This document shows positions 9,549 through 11,929 of a stretch of DNA of 11,929 nucleotides, piece after piece. Every line of letters starts with the position of its first letter. Position 1 is the first letter of the stretch. This DNA is from Octopus sinensis (taxonomy: Eukaryota), in assembly GCF_006345805.1 (NCBI RefSeq), contig NW_021826833.1, positions 1 through 11,929 on the forward strand. The letters are read 5' to 3'. The notes under the pieces were generated by a model. The model was not told the origin of the DNA. It did not search any database and saw only the letters and a program-made list of their open reading frames with translations. Made by a program: the position numbers and the translations under genes.

Positions 9549-9647
9549 TATATACATACACATATTTATATATATATTATATAGATATATATATATATAT
9601 ATAATATACGTTTAAATATTTGTTGTGCAATATGACCATCCGAAATA

Positions 9648-9678
<31 letters not shown>
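9549..9678. repeat. Interrupted (TA)n microsatellite
   Basis: Directly visible. Confidence 0.85.
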
Positions 9679-9905
9679 GTTGGAATTTACAAAAAACCCA
9701 AATAAAACAAAAGACGAAGACGAGTGTGTAAACAACAAATAGATGTATTAGTTTAACGCTCAGGAAGTGAGAAAGTCTTTTACGTTTCGAGCCTACGCTC
9801 TTCAGCAGAAAGGAACACAGAAATAAACAGAGAGAGAAAATAAAAAAGAGAGAGAAAATAAAAAGAGAGAAAATAAAAAAAAGTTTAGTGGCTAGCGATC
9901 AATCA
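9679..9905 (-). mobile_element. Short ORF-less hammerhead-bearing element (solo PLE pLTR or retrozyme-like)
   Basis: Minus strand shows a pyrimidine/T-rich tract (9815-9885) followed by a hammerhead fold, the same order as in the PLE 3' region at 4980-5230. Boundaries are approximate. Confidence 0.55.
9777..9812 (-). ncRNA. Minimal type I hammerhead ribozyme fold with a core A6C substitution
   Basis: Minus strand: CTTT (stem I), CTGCTGA core, A, GAGC-GTAG-GCTC (stem II), GAAA, CGT (ACGT palindrome), A17, AAAG (stem I'). Confidence 0.72.
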
Positions 9906-9930
9906 TATAGATAGGAAGGTATGCAAACTC

Positions 9931-10134
9931 AGGCTTGAGACATATATTTACATAGATTTTAATACTATGGTCGCACATTTATGACATCATGCAGATATTA
10001 CGAATAAATATGGTTATTACGTAAGTTATGAACACCTTGAAACAGATGTTGAGATATTACTTCATGTGATTTTTTTTCATTATTTTATAATATACATTTT
10101 GTGCTCCTTGTAAATAATTATATGTCTCAAGCCT
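9931..10134. mobile_element. Unclassified ~204-bp MITE-like inverted-repeat element
   Basis: Perfect 16-bp inverted repeats AGGCTTGAGACATATA (9931-9946) and TATATGTCTCAAGCCT (10119-10134), extending imperfectly inward (TTTACA/TGTAAA). AACT occurs at 9926-9929 and 10135-10138 as a possible TSD. Confidence 0.7.
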
Positions 10135-10305
10135 AACTATGTTTATCTATCTTAATACCTAAATAACATCTTCATAATAATTGCCCTTATGGCTAATTCT
10201 AGATGCCGAGCCGCTGGCCCAGGATGAAGACGTTGGAGTTTAACTTTACATCCATTTGAGCACCACTCTGTGTTATCTATACGGAGCATCGTTTGCTTTC
10301 ACCCA

Positions 10306-10314
10306 TTCTCTCTC

Positions 10315-10346
<32 letters not shown>

Positions 10347-10415
10347 TGTATGTATGTATGTATGTATGTATGTATGTATGTATGTATGTATGTATGTATG
10401 TGTGCATGTATGTGT
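10306..10415. repeat. Short (TC)n then (TATG)n microsatellite
   Basis: Directly visible. Confidence 0.97.
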
Positions 10416-10760
10416 GAAGGTGCATGGTTCAGTGGTTAGGGCGTAAAGCTTACGATCGTGAGGTTGAGAGTTTCGATTCCCGGACCGGGCTGCGTGTTGT
10501 ATTCTTGAGCAAGACACTTTATTTCACGTTGCTCCAGTTCACTCAGTTGTAGAAATGAGTTGCCACGTCTCAGGGGTCAAGCTGTATCGGCCTTTGCCTT
10601 TCCCTTGGATAACATCGGTGGCATGGAGAGGGTAGCCGGTATGCATGGGCGACTGCTGGCCTTCCACAAACAATCTTGCCTTGACTTGTGCCTCGGAGGG
10701 TAACTTTCTAGGTGCAATCCCATGGTCATTCATGACCGAAGGCGGATTCCTCCTCCTCCT
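10416..10760 (+). mobile_element. tRNA-derived SINE with a CORE-like segment and a long distinct 3' tail
   Basis: A-box TGGTTCAGTGGTT (10425-10437), B-box GTTTCGATTCC (10470-10480), TTCTTGAGCAAGACACTT. The head is homologous to 6856-6710 (-). Ends in (CCT)n then (ATGT)n. Confidence 0.88.
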
Positions 10761-11015
10761 ATGTATGTATGTATGTATGTATGTATGTATGTATGTATGT
10801 ATGTATGTATGTATGTATGTATGTATGTATGCATGCATGTATGTATGTATGTATGTATGTATGTATGTATGTATGTATGCATGTATGTATGTATGTATGT
10901 ATGTATGTATGTATGTATGTATGTATGTATGTATGTATGCATGTAGATAGGTAGATAGGTACTTACGTACGTTCGTACGCACCTATGTATATACGTATGT
11001 ATGTAAATATATATC
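10761..11015. repeat. (ATGT)n microsatellite decaying into (AGGT)/(ACGT) variants
   Basis: Directly visible. Confidence 0.95.
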
Positions 11016-11020
11016 TACAA

Positions 11021-11245
11021 GTGTATATCTTTGTGTTTGTCCCTAACCACCGCTTAACAACCGGTGTTGGTTTGTATGTTTCTCCTTCACTTAGCCGTTA
11101 AGCAAAATGTGAACGATGGAATAATTACCAGGCTTCAAAAAATAAGTACGGCATGGGCGATTTGTTCAAATAAATACATTAAGGCAGTGCAACAGCATGG
11201 CCGCAATTCAAAGACTAAAGCAAATGAAAGATGAAAGATAAAAAG
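11021..11245 (+). mobile_element. Probable 3' half of an octopus microsatellite-containing SINE
   Basis: Starts right after the microsatellite and ends in a short tandem tail (ATGAAAG)2-ATAAAAAG. The body resembles the 3' segment I recall from abundant octopus SINEs (…CAGCATGGCCGCA…). Not verified by search. Confidence 0.55.
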
Positions 11246-11261
11246 TTAATTAATTTTCTTT

Positions 11262-11490
11262 AAAACCCAGATGAACCCTAATCGAGCAAACTTATGATCA
11301 AAGGCGCTCCAGCCATGATCTTCTCACCTGTTATTCAGACATGAGTTTCTACAGCGACCGCTAGAGCTATAATATTTGAATCTGACGTGTACTTCGCTTT
11401 TTTGAAAGGGTCTGATTCAGTTTTGTTAAGGGATGCATTGTGGGAAGGTGGCTGTAGCAGTATTTATGCAAAACAGAAAAAGTCGATTGA
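11262..11490. mobile_element. Possible decayed interspersed repeat fragment, unclassified
   Basis: Only a recalled resemblance (…TGATCAAAGGC…CCAGCCATGA…) to cephalopod repeats. No diagnostic termini seen. Confidence 0.25.
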
Positions 11491-11527
11491 TTAATTCGTT
11501 GGTATTTAATTATTAATTGAATATATA

Positions 11528-11758
11528 GGGCGTCGAGCTGGCAGAATCGTTAGTACGCCGGATGAAATGCTTAGTGGCACTTCGTTGATCTTTACGCCCC
11601 GAGTTCAAATTCCATCAAAGTCGACTTTGTCTTTCATGCTTTCGAGGTCGATAAAATAAGTACCAGTTGAGCACTAAGGTCGATGCAATCTACTTACTCA
11701 CTTCGTCGAAATTGTTGGCCTTGTGCTAAAATTTGGTCTTGTGCTAAAATTTGGAAAC
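11528..11758 (+). mobile_element. tRNA-derived SINE with a 20-bp target-site duplication
   Basis: A-box TGGCAGAATCGTT (11539-11551), B-box GAGTTCAAATTCC (11601-11613), central CTTTCATGCTTTCGAGGTCGATAAAATAAGTACCAG. TSD AATTATTAATTGAATATATA (11508-11527) vs AATTATTAATTGAATACATA (11759-11778), 19/20 identical. Confidence 0.9.
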
Positions 11759-11783
11759 AATTATTAATTGAATACATATATAT

Positions 11784-11883
11784 CCCGGGTACAATCACAC
11801 TGCGTGGCACTTTGGACACTTTGATCTATTACTATAGCCCTGTGAGTAGATTTTGGTAGACGGAAATTGAAAGAATCTCGTCA
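11784..11883 (+). mobile_element. 5'-truncated, internally deleted copy of the 9096-9254 SINE head
   Basis: CACTGCGTGGCACTTTGG..ACTATAGCCC..TGTGAGTAGATTTTGGTAGACGGAAATTGAAAG aligns to 9159-9246. Confidence 0.75.
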
Positions 11884-11929
11884 TATGTGTGCGTGTGTGT
11901 GTGTGTGTGTGTGGTGTGTGTGTTGTGTG
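11884..11929. repeat. (GT)n microsatellite
   Basis: Directly visible; runs off the window. Confidence 0.9.

Noticed and set aside
8812-10982. MYVC/HTYI-type ORFs
   Set aside because: Translations of (TA)n, (CATA)n and (TATG)n.

Overview
Eukaryotic, microsatellite-saturated window with no recognisable intact host gene. The SINE types and repeat density resemble Octopus/cephalopod DNA; this is recalled similarity, not a search result. Nearly all non-repetitive-looking sequence is decayed transposable element. (1) A 5'-truncated Penelope-like element (PLE; RT + GIY-YIG, ~2707-5300) whose RT is split by a 571-bp CR1/L2-type LINE 3' fragment (3366-3936) fused in frame, and whose 3' terminal region carries a minimal type I hammerhead ribozyme fold (5180-5222). 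(2) Five co-oriented, 5'-truncated 3' ends of restriction-like-endonuclease (R4/Dong-type) LINEs, each embedded in (AAT)n arrays (5381-7996). (3) Five tRNA-headed SINE copies or heads plus a SINE-like 3' tail, two sharing a head but with different tails and one with a 20-bp target-site duplication. (4) A TA-flanked mariner MITE, a second unclassified MITE and a probable pogo/Tigger end. (5) A second hammerhead fold on the minus strand (9777-9812) in a short ORF-less element. Most ORFs in the supplied track are translations of microsatellites.
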